Shown one piece after another: positions 11,004 to 19,587 of a stretch of DNA of 64,000 nt; the first letter of the stretch is position 1; each line of letters begins with the position of its first letter. The DNA lies in the NCBI GenBank assembly GCA_963848295.1, contig CAWKDB010000010.1, forward strand, positions 2,176,001-2,240,000, written 5' to 3'. Source of the stretch: an uncultured delta proteobacterium. Lineage in GTDB: Bacteria; Myxococcota_A; Polyangia; Haliangiales; Haliangiaceae. Made by a program: the position numbers and the translations under genes. A model generated the notes under the pieces. That model was not told the origin of the DNA, ran no database searches, and was given only the letters and a program-made list of their open reading frames with translations.

Positions 11004-11079
11004 CGGAAATGCCGGGCCCTCGCGGCCGGTTAGCGATTCGCTGTCATGTTCTGCGCGCGGCGAGGCACTACCGGCTGAC

Positions 11080-12543
11080 ATGGGACGAGTCGCAGTCATC
11101 GACGGAACCGCACCGCCATCCGGCGGCGCGAGCGACGGCGAGCTGATCGCCGCCAGCCGGCGAGGCGAACGCGCGGCGTTCGGCAAGTTGGTCGCGCGCT
11201 ACCAGGACGTGGTCTGCACGGTGTCGTACAGCACGACCGGCGATTGGCCGCTCAGCGAGGACGTGGCACAAGACACGTTCATCGCGGCGTGGCGTCAGCT
11301 CGGTCAGCTGCGCGAGACCGCGCGGCTCCGGCCGTGGCTGTGCGGGATCGCGCGCAACCTCGCCCGCAAGGCGCGCAAGCGCGGCGCGCGCGAGCGCGGG
11401 CACGAGCCGGCCGACGACGAGCTGCCGGCGCCGAGTGGGACTCCGTTCGAGCACACCGCGCGCGCCGAGACCGAACAGGTCGTGCGCGATGCGCTCGCGC
11501 GGATTCCCGACGGTTATCGCGAAGCGCTCGTGCTGTTCTATCGCGAAGGCTGCTCGGTCCGCGAAGTCGCCGACGCGCTCGGAATCTCCGAGCCGGCGGC
11601 GCTGCAACGGCTCACGCGCGGTCGGCGGCATCTCGCCGACGGGGTGACCGATCTCGTCGAGCGCTCGCTGCGCGCGCCGAGGCGGACCCGCTACCTCGTC
11701 GGAGGCGTGCTCGCGGCGCTGCCGGTGATCGCGACTGCGTCCCGTGTCGATGCCTCACCTCACAAAGGATCGACCATGCTGAAATTCGCGTTCACCGCCG
11801 CCGCGCTCGTCGCGACCGGCACCACCGCCTACGTCGTTCATCACGCGTACGCCGAGCCCGCTGCACCCGTCGCCGAGGTCGTAGCTGCGCCAGCGGCCGC
11901 GCACCGCGCCGAGATCTCGCCCGAGGTCCCGAGCCTGCCGGTCGCCCGAACCGCCGCCGTGCCGAGCCGGGCCAAACCGGTCCCGGTACCGAGCCTGTCC
12001 CGCGATCAGGCGCCGCAGATTCCGGCGGCGACCGTCGAACGCTTGCATCTTCTGCGCGGGCCATCGCGCGGCCCGGCCGACGCGCCGATCGAGATCGTCG
12101 AGTTCCAAGACATGAACTGCACGTATTGCGGCAAAGCGCTCGCGACGATCGATCAGCTGTTCGACGACTATCCGAACAAGGTGCGGCTCGTCGTCAAACA
12201 GTTCCCGGTGCACACGGCGTCGGAGCTACCGGCCGAAGCGCTGTTCGCGGCGGACGCGCAGGACAAGTTCTGGGATCTCCACGACCTGATGATGGCGCAC
12301 CAAGACGAGCTGTCGCGCGCAGGCATCCTCGATCTCGCCCAGCAAGCCGGGATGGACGTGACGGCGCTCACCGCGGCGCTCGATCAGCACCGGTACGCAC
12401 CCGACGTCGCCGCCGATGTCGCCGCCGCGAAGGAGATCGATGTTCACGCCACGCCGACGTTCCTGATCAACGGTCGCGAAGTCACCGGTGCGTTTCCGGT
12501 CGAAGTGTTTCGCGCGTTGATCGACGAGACGCTGCGTCAGTGA
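11080..12543 (+). CDS. ECF sigma-70 factor fused to a C-terminal DsbA/thioredoxin-fold domain
   Basis: Sigma2 (SEDVAQDTFIAAW...PWLCGIARN), sigma4 (YREALVLFYREGCSVREVADALGIS); hydrophobic segments; GPADAPIEIVEFQDMNCTYC and ATPTFLING (DsbA CxxC and cis-Pro). Confidence 0.9.
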   Translation: MGRVAVIDGTAPPSGGASDGELIAASRRGERAAFGKLVARYQDVVCTVSYSTTGDWPLSEDVAQDTFIAAWRQLGQLRETARLRPWLCGIARNLARKARKRGARERGHEPADDELPAPSGTPFEHTARAETEQVVRDALARIPDGYREALVLFYREGCSVREVADALGISEPAALQRLTRGRRHLADGVTDLVERSLRAPRRTRYLVGGVLAALPVIATASRVDASPHKGSTMLKFAFTAAALVATGTTAYVVHHAYAEPAAPVAEVVAAPAAAHRAEISPEVPSLPVARTAAVPSRAKPVPVPSLSRDQAPQIPAATVERLHLLRGPSRGPADAPIEIVEFQDMNCTYCGKALATIDQLFDDYPNKVRLVVKQFPVHTASELPAEALFAADAQDKFWDLHDLMMAHQDELSRAGILDLAQQAGMDVTALTAALDQHRYAPDVAADVAAAKEIDVHATPTFLINGREVTGAFPVEVFRALIDETLRQ

Positions 12544-12836
12544 AACAACCCGTGGCCGGCGAGGCCGCCGGTCGGCCCCGTGCTCGGACGCGGCCCGGTG
12601 ACCTCGTCGTCGAGCGCTTGCTGCGACTGCCCTTCGACGTGCCGCGACGTCCGGCGCGCGGCCCGAGGCAGAGGGATCTCACTCGAGACCTCGTCGATCA
12701 GCCCGTGTAGGGCTCGATCGAGCTCGGTCGCATTCTTGTCCGAGAGCGCGCCGGCGCGTCGCGGCCGCGAATGCACGTACCAAGCGCAAAGCACGAGGGC
12801 CGCGGTGCCCAGAACAACCGCGATCAAGATCGTCAT
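12537..12836 (-). CDS. Small single-pass membrane protein, hypothetical
   Basis: MTILIAVVLGTAALVLCAWYV N-terminal TM; fills the gap between convergent/divergent neighbours. Confidence 0.5.
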   Translation of the reverse strand: MTILIAVVLGTAALVLCAWYVHSRPRRAGALSDKNATELDRALHGLIDEVSSEIPLPRAARRTSRHVEGQSQQALDDEVTGPRPSTGPTGGLAGHGLFH

Positions 12837-12989
12837 ACCGCTCGATCGTGCAATGGCTGCTCCAAGGCGAGATCCCCGAGAGCGCGACCGCATCGCCTCG
12901 CTCCTGGACGCACACGGCTCGACGGGCGTTCGCGCACGCGACGGGACGCCACTGAACAGATTGTCAGACTCGCATGCGAACGTCTGCGC

Positions 12990-14942
12990 ATGAACGGACC
13001 GAGGTTTCAGCTGTCGCGCGGCGATGCCGTGACGTGGCTGCGAACGCTGCCGGCGGCGTCCGTCGATCTCGCGATCACGGATCCGCCATACGAATCACTC
13101 GAAAAGCATCGTGCGATCGGCACGACCACGCGGCTCAAGCACAGCAAGGCTTCGAGCAACGACTGGTTCAAGATCTTCCCGAATACGAGATTTCCCGAGC
13201 TATTCGCCGAGATCTATCGCGTGCTGAAGAAGGACAGCCACTTCTACTTGTTCTGCGATCCGGAGACGATGTTCGTCGCGAAGCCGATCGGCGAGGCCGC
13301 CGGCTTCAAGTTTTGGAAGCCGATCATCTGGGACAAGTGCCTGGGCCCAGACACGCTGGTGTGGACCGAGCGCGGAACGATCCGAATCGCGGACGTGGTC
13401 GCAGGTGACCGTGTCGCCCTGCCCGAAGGCGGTACCACAGAGGTGAAGGCCGTGCGGAACACGAAGGCGCCCTCCGTGAAGCTGACGCTCTCGGACGGAA
13501 CCGACCTCATCGCCTCGCGCGAGCATCGATTGTCTCGGAGCGACGGTGCGCTCGTCGAAGCGGCGGCACTCGAGGTCGGCGACACGCTCTGTACACGTCC
13601 CGTGCGAGAGCGAATTCGCTCGTCGTTGGATCTCGACGCGGTGATCCCGGACGAAGATGCGGTCTACGAACTTCCGGACATCACTGCGTGCTTGTGGTGT
13701 GGCGAAAAATTCCAGAACTCCAGGGCCGCAGCGGCGCATCAGGCGCGTTGGTGCGAGGCTCCGATGTCTAAGCGAACGTTGGCACAGGAGCTTGGAATCA
13801 AACCCAAGCGCCTGCGCCGCTGGATGCATCGCGGCCGCATTCCCAAGACATGGGCGCACGCTCTCGGCATCGAAGACAAGCTGCGGCGCCGGATTCAGTG
13901 CTGTCTCCAGAACGATGTCGAGATCTGGTACCCGCGCACCTTGCCGCTCGACTACGAGCTCGGAAAGGTGATCGGTTTGTATGCCGCAGAGGGCTCGCGC
14001 ACACCGAACACCGTGTCGTTCGCGTTTCATTCGCACGAGAAGCATCTCCACGCCACGATCGCTCGCTTCGCGAGATCGCTCGGTGTGCGAGCGCACATCG
14101 ACATCGACGGCAACAAAGCGGTCGTCCATGTCGACTTCAAAGTGATGAGCTATCTCATCGAACACTTTGTCGGCGGCAGGGATGCCATCGCCAAGTTCTT
14201 CAAGCCGACGGTGTACGCGACTCCGGAAGCGTTCCGCCACGGCGTGCTCGACGGCCTGATCGAAGGCGATGGCCATTGGGCTAACGACGAGCAGCGCGAG
14301 AGCTACACCAGCGCATCAGCCGACCTGACGATGTTCGTGCGCAGGGAGCTGGAGGCGCGCGACCGCGCTCCAACGGTCCGTCGATTCGAGAATGATCATG
14401 CCGGCGCATGGACGGTGCGGTTCGATCCGATCAATCGTGCGGAACAAACCACAATCGTCGCGGTCGATGACGTTGGTGAGCAAGAGCTGGTCGATATCTC
14501 GGTCTCCGATCGCGACGAGCTCTACTTGCTTGCGAATGGCGTGGTCACGCACAACTGCAAGATCGGGATGGGCTACCACTACCGCGCCCGGTACGAATGC
14601 ATTCTGTTCTTCGAGAAGGGCAAGAAGAAGCTTAACGACTTGGGCGTGGCCGACATCATCCAATCGTCCCGGATCAGCGGCGGTTACCCTGCGGAGAAAC
14701 CACCCGAGGTGAGCGAAGTACTCGTGCGGCAGAGCACCGAGCCCGGGCAGCTCGTGATCGATCCGTTCATGGGCTCGGGCTCGGCAGGCGTCGCGACGTT
14801 GCGCAACGGCCGCGACTTCTACGGCAATGACTTGTGCGTCGAGGCGGTCGACATCACGCGCCGCCGGCTCGCCGACGTCGGCGGGCGCGAGCTCGAGCGC
14901 GCCGCGACGGTCGAGCATCAGCCACAGCTCGGCCTGTTGTGA
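12990..14942 (+). CDS. Beta-class N6-adenine/N4-cytosine DNA methyltransferase containing an intein
   Basis: Motif IV ITDPPY near N-terminus, GYPAEKP, motif I IDPFMGSGS near C-terminus; 650 aa precursor, about 244 aa after intein removal. Confidence 0.92.
   Translation: MNGPRFQLSRGDAVTWLRTLPAASVDLAITDPPYESLEKHRAIGTTTRLKHSKASSNDWFKIFPNTRFPELFAEIYRVLKKDSHFYLFCDPETMFVAKPIGEAAGFKFWKPIIWDKCLGPDTLVWTERGTIRIADVVAGDRVALPEGGTTEVKAVRNTKAPSVKLTLSDGTDLIASREHRLSRSDGALVEAAALEVGDTLCTRPVRERIRSSLDLDAVIPDEDAVYELPDITACLWCGEKFQNSRAAAAHQARWCEAPMSKRTLAQELGIKPKRLRRWMHRGRIPKTWAHALGIEDKLRRRIQCCLQNDVEIWYPRTLPLDYELGKVIGLYAAEGSRTPNTVSFAFHSHEKHLHATIARFARSLGVRAHIDIDGNKAVVHVDFKVMSYLIEHFVGGRDAIAKFFKPTVYATPEAFRHGVLDGLIEGDGHWANDEQRESYTSASADLTMFVRRELEARDRAPTVRRFENDHAGAWTVRFDPINRAEQTTIVAVDDVGEQELVDISVSDRDELYLLANGVVTHNCKIGMGYHYRARYECILFFEKGKKKLNDLGVADIIQSSRISGGYPAEKPPEVSEVLVRQSTEPGQLVIDPFMGSGSAGVATLRNGRDFYGNDLCVEAVDITRRRLADVGGRELERAATVEHQPQLGLL
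13338..14555 (+). mobile_element. Intein (406 aa) with LAGLIDADG homing endonuclease
   Basis: N-junction WDK|CLGPDTLV (block A), block B ASREHRL, LAGLIDADG-like GLYAAEG and DGLIEGDG, block F/G ELVDISV...ANGVVTHN|C (Cys +1); lower GC than host gene. Confidence 0.95.
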
Positions 14943-14948
14943 GCTGAC

Positions 14949-15416
14949 GTGACCGGCAACCAATACCGCGATCTGATCGCGGCTTACATCGACGAGAACT
15001 ACGGCATCGGGGCGCGCGGCGACGGTGGGCTCGACGTCTACAAAGAGGTCTCGCTCGGCAAGACGATCATCGGCAAGGATCGCCAGATCGACGTGTTCGT
15101 CGTGCGACCGAGCGATCGCAAGGCCCTCGCGATCGAGTGCAAGTTCCAAGACACGCAGGGCACGGTCGACGAGAAGATTCCGTACGCGCTCGCCGATCTC
15201 GAGGCCTTGTGGGTCCCGGGCTGTCTCGTCTACGCCGGCAAGGGCTGGTCGCGCGGCGTGCTGCACACGCTCGAGCAATCGCGCCTCGCGTGCAGCTGCT
15301 TGCCCGAGCGCTCGCTCGTCCGGTCCAAAGGCACCCGCGAGCTCGACCACACCCTCGCCGCCATCTTCGGCCTCTGGGACCTCGTGTTGCCGGCGAGCAA
15401 GCGCCTACGCCGCTAG
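14949..15416 (+). CDS. PD-(D/E)XK superfamily nuclease (restriction endonuclease-like)
   Basis: E...RQIDVFV...AIECKFQDTQGTVDEKIPY; GTG start 6 nt after the MTase stop. Confidence 0.82.
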   Translation: MTGNQYRDLIAAYIDENYGIGARGDGGLDVYKEVSLGKTIIGKDRQIDVFVVRPSDRKALAIECKFQDTQGTVDEKIPYALADLEALWVPGCLVYAGKGWSRGVLHTLEQSRLACSCLPERSLVRSKGTRELDHTLAAIFGLWDLVLPASKRLRR

Positions 15417-15431
15417 AAACGCGCGTACCGG

Positions 15432-18143
15432 TCAAGGTGGCTCGATGACGTACAGATCGCTGGTGTCGCTCGGTAGATCGTAGACGATCTGCGAGCCATC
15501 GCCGTCGATCGTGACGCTCGAGTGCTTCGGGCGATCCTCGGGATCGATGCGCGCCCATTCCACTCGCTTCGTGAGGTCTTGCAGCTCGACGCGAGAGATC
15601 ACGCGCGGCCAGTTGTGCGCATTCATCGTGAACAGATAGCGGCCATCGCTCGAGAAGCTCATCGGGAGCAGCGGCTCGGGGTCGTCGAGATGGCGCGTCG
15701 CACCGCCGACCGTCGTGATCACGTCGAGACCGCCGCGCGGATCACCGACCGCGAATAACCGACCATCCGGCGAGATCGGGTGGCGTCCGGTCGGCGCGGG
15801 ATCGGGCCCGATCGGCGCAGGCGCGCCTCCTTGCAGGTCGAGCAGCCACAGCCGCATCGCTTTGTCTTTCTCCGCGGCGCGCACGATGACGTGACGGCCG
15901 TCGGCGCTGACCGCCGGCAGGTCGCCGAGATCGGGTGTCGCGATCGCACCGGTGGGCACCGGCTTCTCCTGGACCTCGTCGAGCGCGACCTTGCGAAGAA
16001 ATGGCGGCGCCCCGCACAGCTCCAGCGCGGAGTTGCCGTCCGGCATGATCACGATCTGGTGCGCGGATCCGACTCGAAACGGCTCTCCGCCCGTCCGTAC
16101 CGCGAAGGCGGAGAACCCACCGGCATCGGGATGGCCGAGCCCGCTGTGGATGAAGCCGAGCACGTTGCCATCGCTCGAGATCGATTGGATCGTCGATTCT
16201 TCGTACGTGCGGATCGCATCCGAGTGCGTCTGATGGCCTTCACTGTCGACCGCGATCCTGAACATCCTGATGCGCGAGTCGGTCGGCGCGACGAGCAGCC
16301 GGCCGTCCTCGGCGATGTCGAGCACTCGCGTCCGCAGCGGTTCGCGCAACACGACGCGTTCGTGGTGATCGAGCGACAGCGCCCGGATCTCGCCTCCTGC
16401 TCCGAAGTCGACCTCGCGGTCGCCCGGCGGCCACGCCAGCCCGTCGATCGCGTCGAACGCCTGCGACTCCGAGACCTCGCGGCCGTCGAGATCGACGATC
16501 ACGACCCGGCCGTGCGTGTCGGGCGACGAGCTCTGCTCGACGAACGCGATGTGCCGTCCGTCGCGCGAGATCCGCGGCGTGGCGATCTCGCCGGACTTGC
16601 GCGTCACGATCGTCTTGCCGATCGGAAACTCGAGCGTCGCCCCGCCTGGTCCGCGCCGGGTGATCGCGATTTGCTCGCCGTCCGGCGCCCACGATGCCTC
16701 GATCACGCCCTTCGCCACAGGCGTCGCCGAGCCGCTGCTCGGCATCGCGCGAGCGAGCGTGCCGCCGACATCGGTCTTGTCCGGCAGCCGGACCAGCAAC
16801 TCGTCGCGCTTGGAGACATCGAGCACCCGGCCCTCGCCCTCTGGAGACGAGGTGATGAGCGGCTCGATCTGCGTGCGGACGATCCGCCACTGTTCGCCGA
16901 CCCGCACGGAGTGCACGACGCTGCGGCCCGAGCGATCGAACCGCGCGAACCACTGCGCTTGCGAGTGATACGTGATCCGGCGCCATGCCGGACCGCCCTC
17001 GATCAGCGACGGAAACACGCGCGCTGCGGGCGATGGCTTCGGCGACCGGCGCCAGAGCACGACGAGCGCCCCGGCGAGCACGACGCACACCGCGCCGAGC
17101 ACGATCGCGATGCGAGCGCCGCGCGCCGACCGCGGCCGGAGCTCGGTGGCCGGTGCCCTCGGAATCGGCACCGTGCCTTCCGCGACGACCTGGGGCGCGG
17201 CGAGCGTCGGCGCCGATGGCACGTCGGTCCTCGCACTCGGCGTCGGCGTTGCGTCGGCGCGGCTCGGCATCGTGTCCGAGACCTCGATCGCATCGAGTGC
17301 GAACGCTAGATCGGCAGCGGACTGAAACCGCGCGTCGGGCCGCTTCTCGAGACAGCGCGCCACCACGCGTCCGAGCGCCGCCGGCACGGTCGCCGGCAGC
17401 GTCGCCGGCGGTAGCTTGAGGATCGCGTACGACTCCTCGACGTTGGTCTCGGACTCGAACGGCCGGCGGCGCGCGAGCATCTCGTACAGCACGACGCCGA
17501 GCGCGAACAGATCGGCGCGAACATCGATCGCCCCACCCGCGACTTGCTCCGGCGCCATATAACCCGGCGTGCCGATCACCATCCCGGTGCCGGTCGCCGA
17601 CGTGGACCCGCTGTGACCGCCGATCGTCGCGGCGCTGCCGATGTCGCCGTCGCCGGGCGCATCCCGGCGCAGCTTCGCGATGCCGAAGTCGAGGATCTTC
17701 ACGCGCCCCGAGTCGGTGACGTAGATATTGTCCGGCTTGATGTCGCGATGAACGACACCGGCGCCGTGCGCGGCCGAGAGCCCGCGCGCGATCTCGGCGG
17801 CGAGCTTGACCGCCTCGCGCGTGCTCGGCGGCGACCGATCGATCACCTGGCGCAGCGAGTGACCGTCGAGCAGCTCGGTGACGAGATACGGCACGCCGTC
17901 GTGGCGGCCGACGTCGTGCAGGATCACCAGATTCGGGTGGTTGAGCCCGCCGATCGTACGCGCCTCTTGTTCGAACCGGCGTAGCCGCTCGCCGTCGTCG
18001 CGCAGCGCCTCGGGCAACACCTTGATCGCGACCGCGCGCCCGAGCCGCGAGTCGAGCGCGCGATACACCACTCCCATTCCACCGGCCCCGATCCGCTTCT
18101 GGATCTCGTAGGGTCCGACGCGCGTACCTGCGCTCAACTCCAT
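15432..18143 (-). CDS. Membrane Ser/Thr kinase with extracytoplasmic beta-propeller (PD40/WD40-like) domain
   Basis: IGAGGMGVVY, HRDIKPDN, DFG, GTPGYMAPE; central TM; repeated S-x-DG-R/W-x-PDG propeller motifs. Confidence 0.93.
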   Translation of the reverse strand: MELSAGTRVGPYEIQKRIGAGGMGVVYRALDSRLGRAVAIKVLPEALRDDGERLRRFEQEARTIGGLNHPNLVILHDVGRHDGVPYLVTELLDGHSLRQVIDRSPPSTREAVKLAAEIARGLSAAHGAGVVHRDIKPDNIYVTDSGRVKILDFGIAKLRRDAPGDGDIGSAATIGGHSGSTSATGTGMVIGTPGYMAPEQVAGGAIDVRADLFALGVVLYEMLARRRPFESETNVEESYAILKLPPATLPATVPAALGRVVARCLEKRPDARFQSAADLAFALDAIEVSDTMPSRADATPTPSARTDVPSAPTLAAPQVVAEGTVPIPRAPATELRPRSARGARIAIVLGAVCVVLAGALVVLWRRSPKPSPAARVFPSLIEGGPAWRRITYHSQAQWFARFDRSGRSVVHSVRVGEQWRIVRTQIEPLITSSPEGEGRVLDVSKRDELLVRLPDKTDVGGTLARAMPSSGSATPVAKGVIEASWAPDGEQIAITRRGPGGATLEFPIGKTIVTRKSGEIATPRISRDGRHIAFVEQSSSPDTHGRVVIVDLDGREVSESQAFDAIDGLAWPPGDREVDFGAGGEIRALSLDHHERVVLREPLRTRVLDIAEDGRLLVAPTDSRIRMFRIAVDSEGHQTHSDAIRTYEESTIQSISSDGNVLGFIHSGLGHPDAGGFSAFAVRTGGEPFRVGSAHQIVIMPDGNSALELCGAPPFLRKVALDEVQEKPVPTGAIATPDLGDLPAVSADGRHVIVRAAEKDKAMRLWLLDLQGGAPAPIGPDPAPTGRHPISPDGRLFAVGDPRGGLDVITTVGGATRHLDDPEPLLPMSFSSDGRYLFTMNAHNWPRVISRVELQDLTKRVEWARIDPEDRPKHSSVTIDGDGSQIVYDLPSDTSDLYVIEPP

Positions 18144-18169
18144 CCGCAGACCGAGTGTACCTCGCCGCG

Positions 18170-18655
18170 TCAGCGCACGCCGAACGACTCCTTCGAGAAT
18201 TCGACGTCGGCGCCATCGACCGTGACGTTGCCGTCGAGCGTCACGTGGCGATCCGTCCCGTCGCCCCCGTCGATGGAGACCGTAAAGAACGCATAGTCGG
18301 TGAACATGAGGTGGGTATGGTCGAACAGCACGTCACCGGAGAGATACACCAGGTCGTACGTGCTGACGGTCGTGTCGTCAGGGTGCGCGTCGCGCGATGG
18401 CCACAGGACAAGCTCGAGCGCGAGCCTTCGCGTGTCGAGCTCTTCGACATGCGCGTCGCACGGGGCAAGCGTGAACACCTCGCCGACGTCCGCCCCTTCG
18501 GCGGCGAGCATCTCACTGCCGCACGGGTTCGTTCCCGAGAACAAGAGCTCGTGCAAGCTCTCGTTCGAGGCGATGATCCGGTCCGCGATACGGTCGTGGT
18601 CGGACTCCACGCACCCGACGAGCAAGCACACGGCGACGACCGCGAGTGGTTTCAT
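18170..18655 (-). CDS. Hypothetical lipoprotein
   Basis: MKPLAVVAVCLLVGC lipobox; acidic mature domain. Confidence 0.65.
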   Translation of the reverse strand: MKPLAVVAVCLLVGCVESDHDRIADRIIASNESLHELLFSGTNPCGSEMLAAEGADVGEVFTLAPCDAHVEELDTRRLALELVLWPSRDAHPDDTTVSTYDLVYLSGDVLFDHTHLMFTDYAFFTVSIDGGDGTDRHVTLDGNVTVDGADVEFSKESFGVR

Positions 18656-18754
18656 GCCGGACCGACCGTGCAAGGGCATCGCCAGCGCAACTCGATGAAT
18701 GCTGGTGACGAGGTGCCAACCGCGTTGGCGGGTCGTGTCGCTCGGTGGCGCGCT

Positions 18755-19498
18755 TCACCTGGTCGCGGTGCGCGGACCGGTGAGCCGGTGCCGTGCGCGA
18801 GCGAGCGCCACGCGGGCGACCGCGGGCGAATCCGCGGTCACGACGACCACGACCTGGCCGTCCTGATCGAACACCGTGGTCTGCGCGCCGGCGACGAGCG
18901 TCGGGTCATCGGGCATCAGCGCCGGATCCTCGCCCGACATCGCCCAGCGCGCCTGCTGACACGCGATCGAGTCGCGCATCCAATCCGCGGTCAGGCCGCG
19001 AACGCGGGAGAACACGACGCGCACGCCGCGGAGCTCGCCGCCTGCGCGCTCGGGCAGGACGGCCATGACTTCCTGGCGATGTGCGAACGGCGAATGCTCG
19101 CGCTCTTCAGGCGAAACCTTCGCGCACGCGACTCGCTCGGCGTCGATTAGCTCCTGCGCAGCATGGCGCTCGCGCTCGGCCGCACGACGCTCGTGCTCGG
19201 CCGCATCGAGCTGGCGCAACGCCGCTTCTTCTTCGCCGTTCCAGCACGGGTTCCACGTCGTGACCGGCAGGCCACCGGTCGTGAGCTGGTCGTTGAGCAC
19301 GCCGTCGCCACAGACGTAGGCCTCGGGGCCGACGCGCGCTTCCGCGACCGCCGCGGCGCCTTCGTGTTGTTGCGCGGCCTGGTCGTGGCGCTCGGCGGCG
19401 ACGACGTGCTCGTCGTAGCTCGCGGGTGGAGGTGAACCGATCGTCCCGGCGCATGCGCCGAGGGCGCCGACGAGCACGACGCGATACGGACCGAACAT
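18755..19498 (-). CDS. Hypothetical lipoprotein
   Basis: Start moved to ATG 19498 (MFGPYRVVLVGALGAC); helical His/Glu-rich region. Confidence 0.7.
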   Translation of the reverse strand: MFGPYRVVLVGALGACAGTIGSPPPASYDEHVVAAERHDQAAQQHEGAAAVAEARVGPEAYVCGDGVLNDQLTTGGLPVTTWNPCWNGEEEAALRQLDAAEHERRAAERERHAAQELIDAERVACAKVSPEEREHSPFAHRQEVMAVLPERAGGELRGVRVVFSRVRGLTADWMRDSIACQQARWAMSGEDPALMPDDPTLVAGAQTTVFDQDGQVVVVVTADSPAVARVALARARHRLTGPRTATR

Positions 19499-19587
19499 GA
19501 CCGACGAAGGTGCATCGCGCGCGCCACCCAACTCGCGCGACTTGTCCGTCCGCCGAGCGCACTGGCCCGACGCGCGCTGCCGCACGG

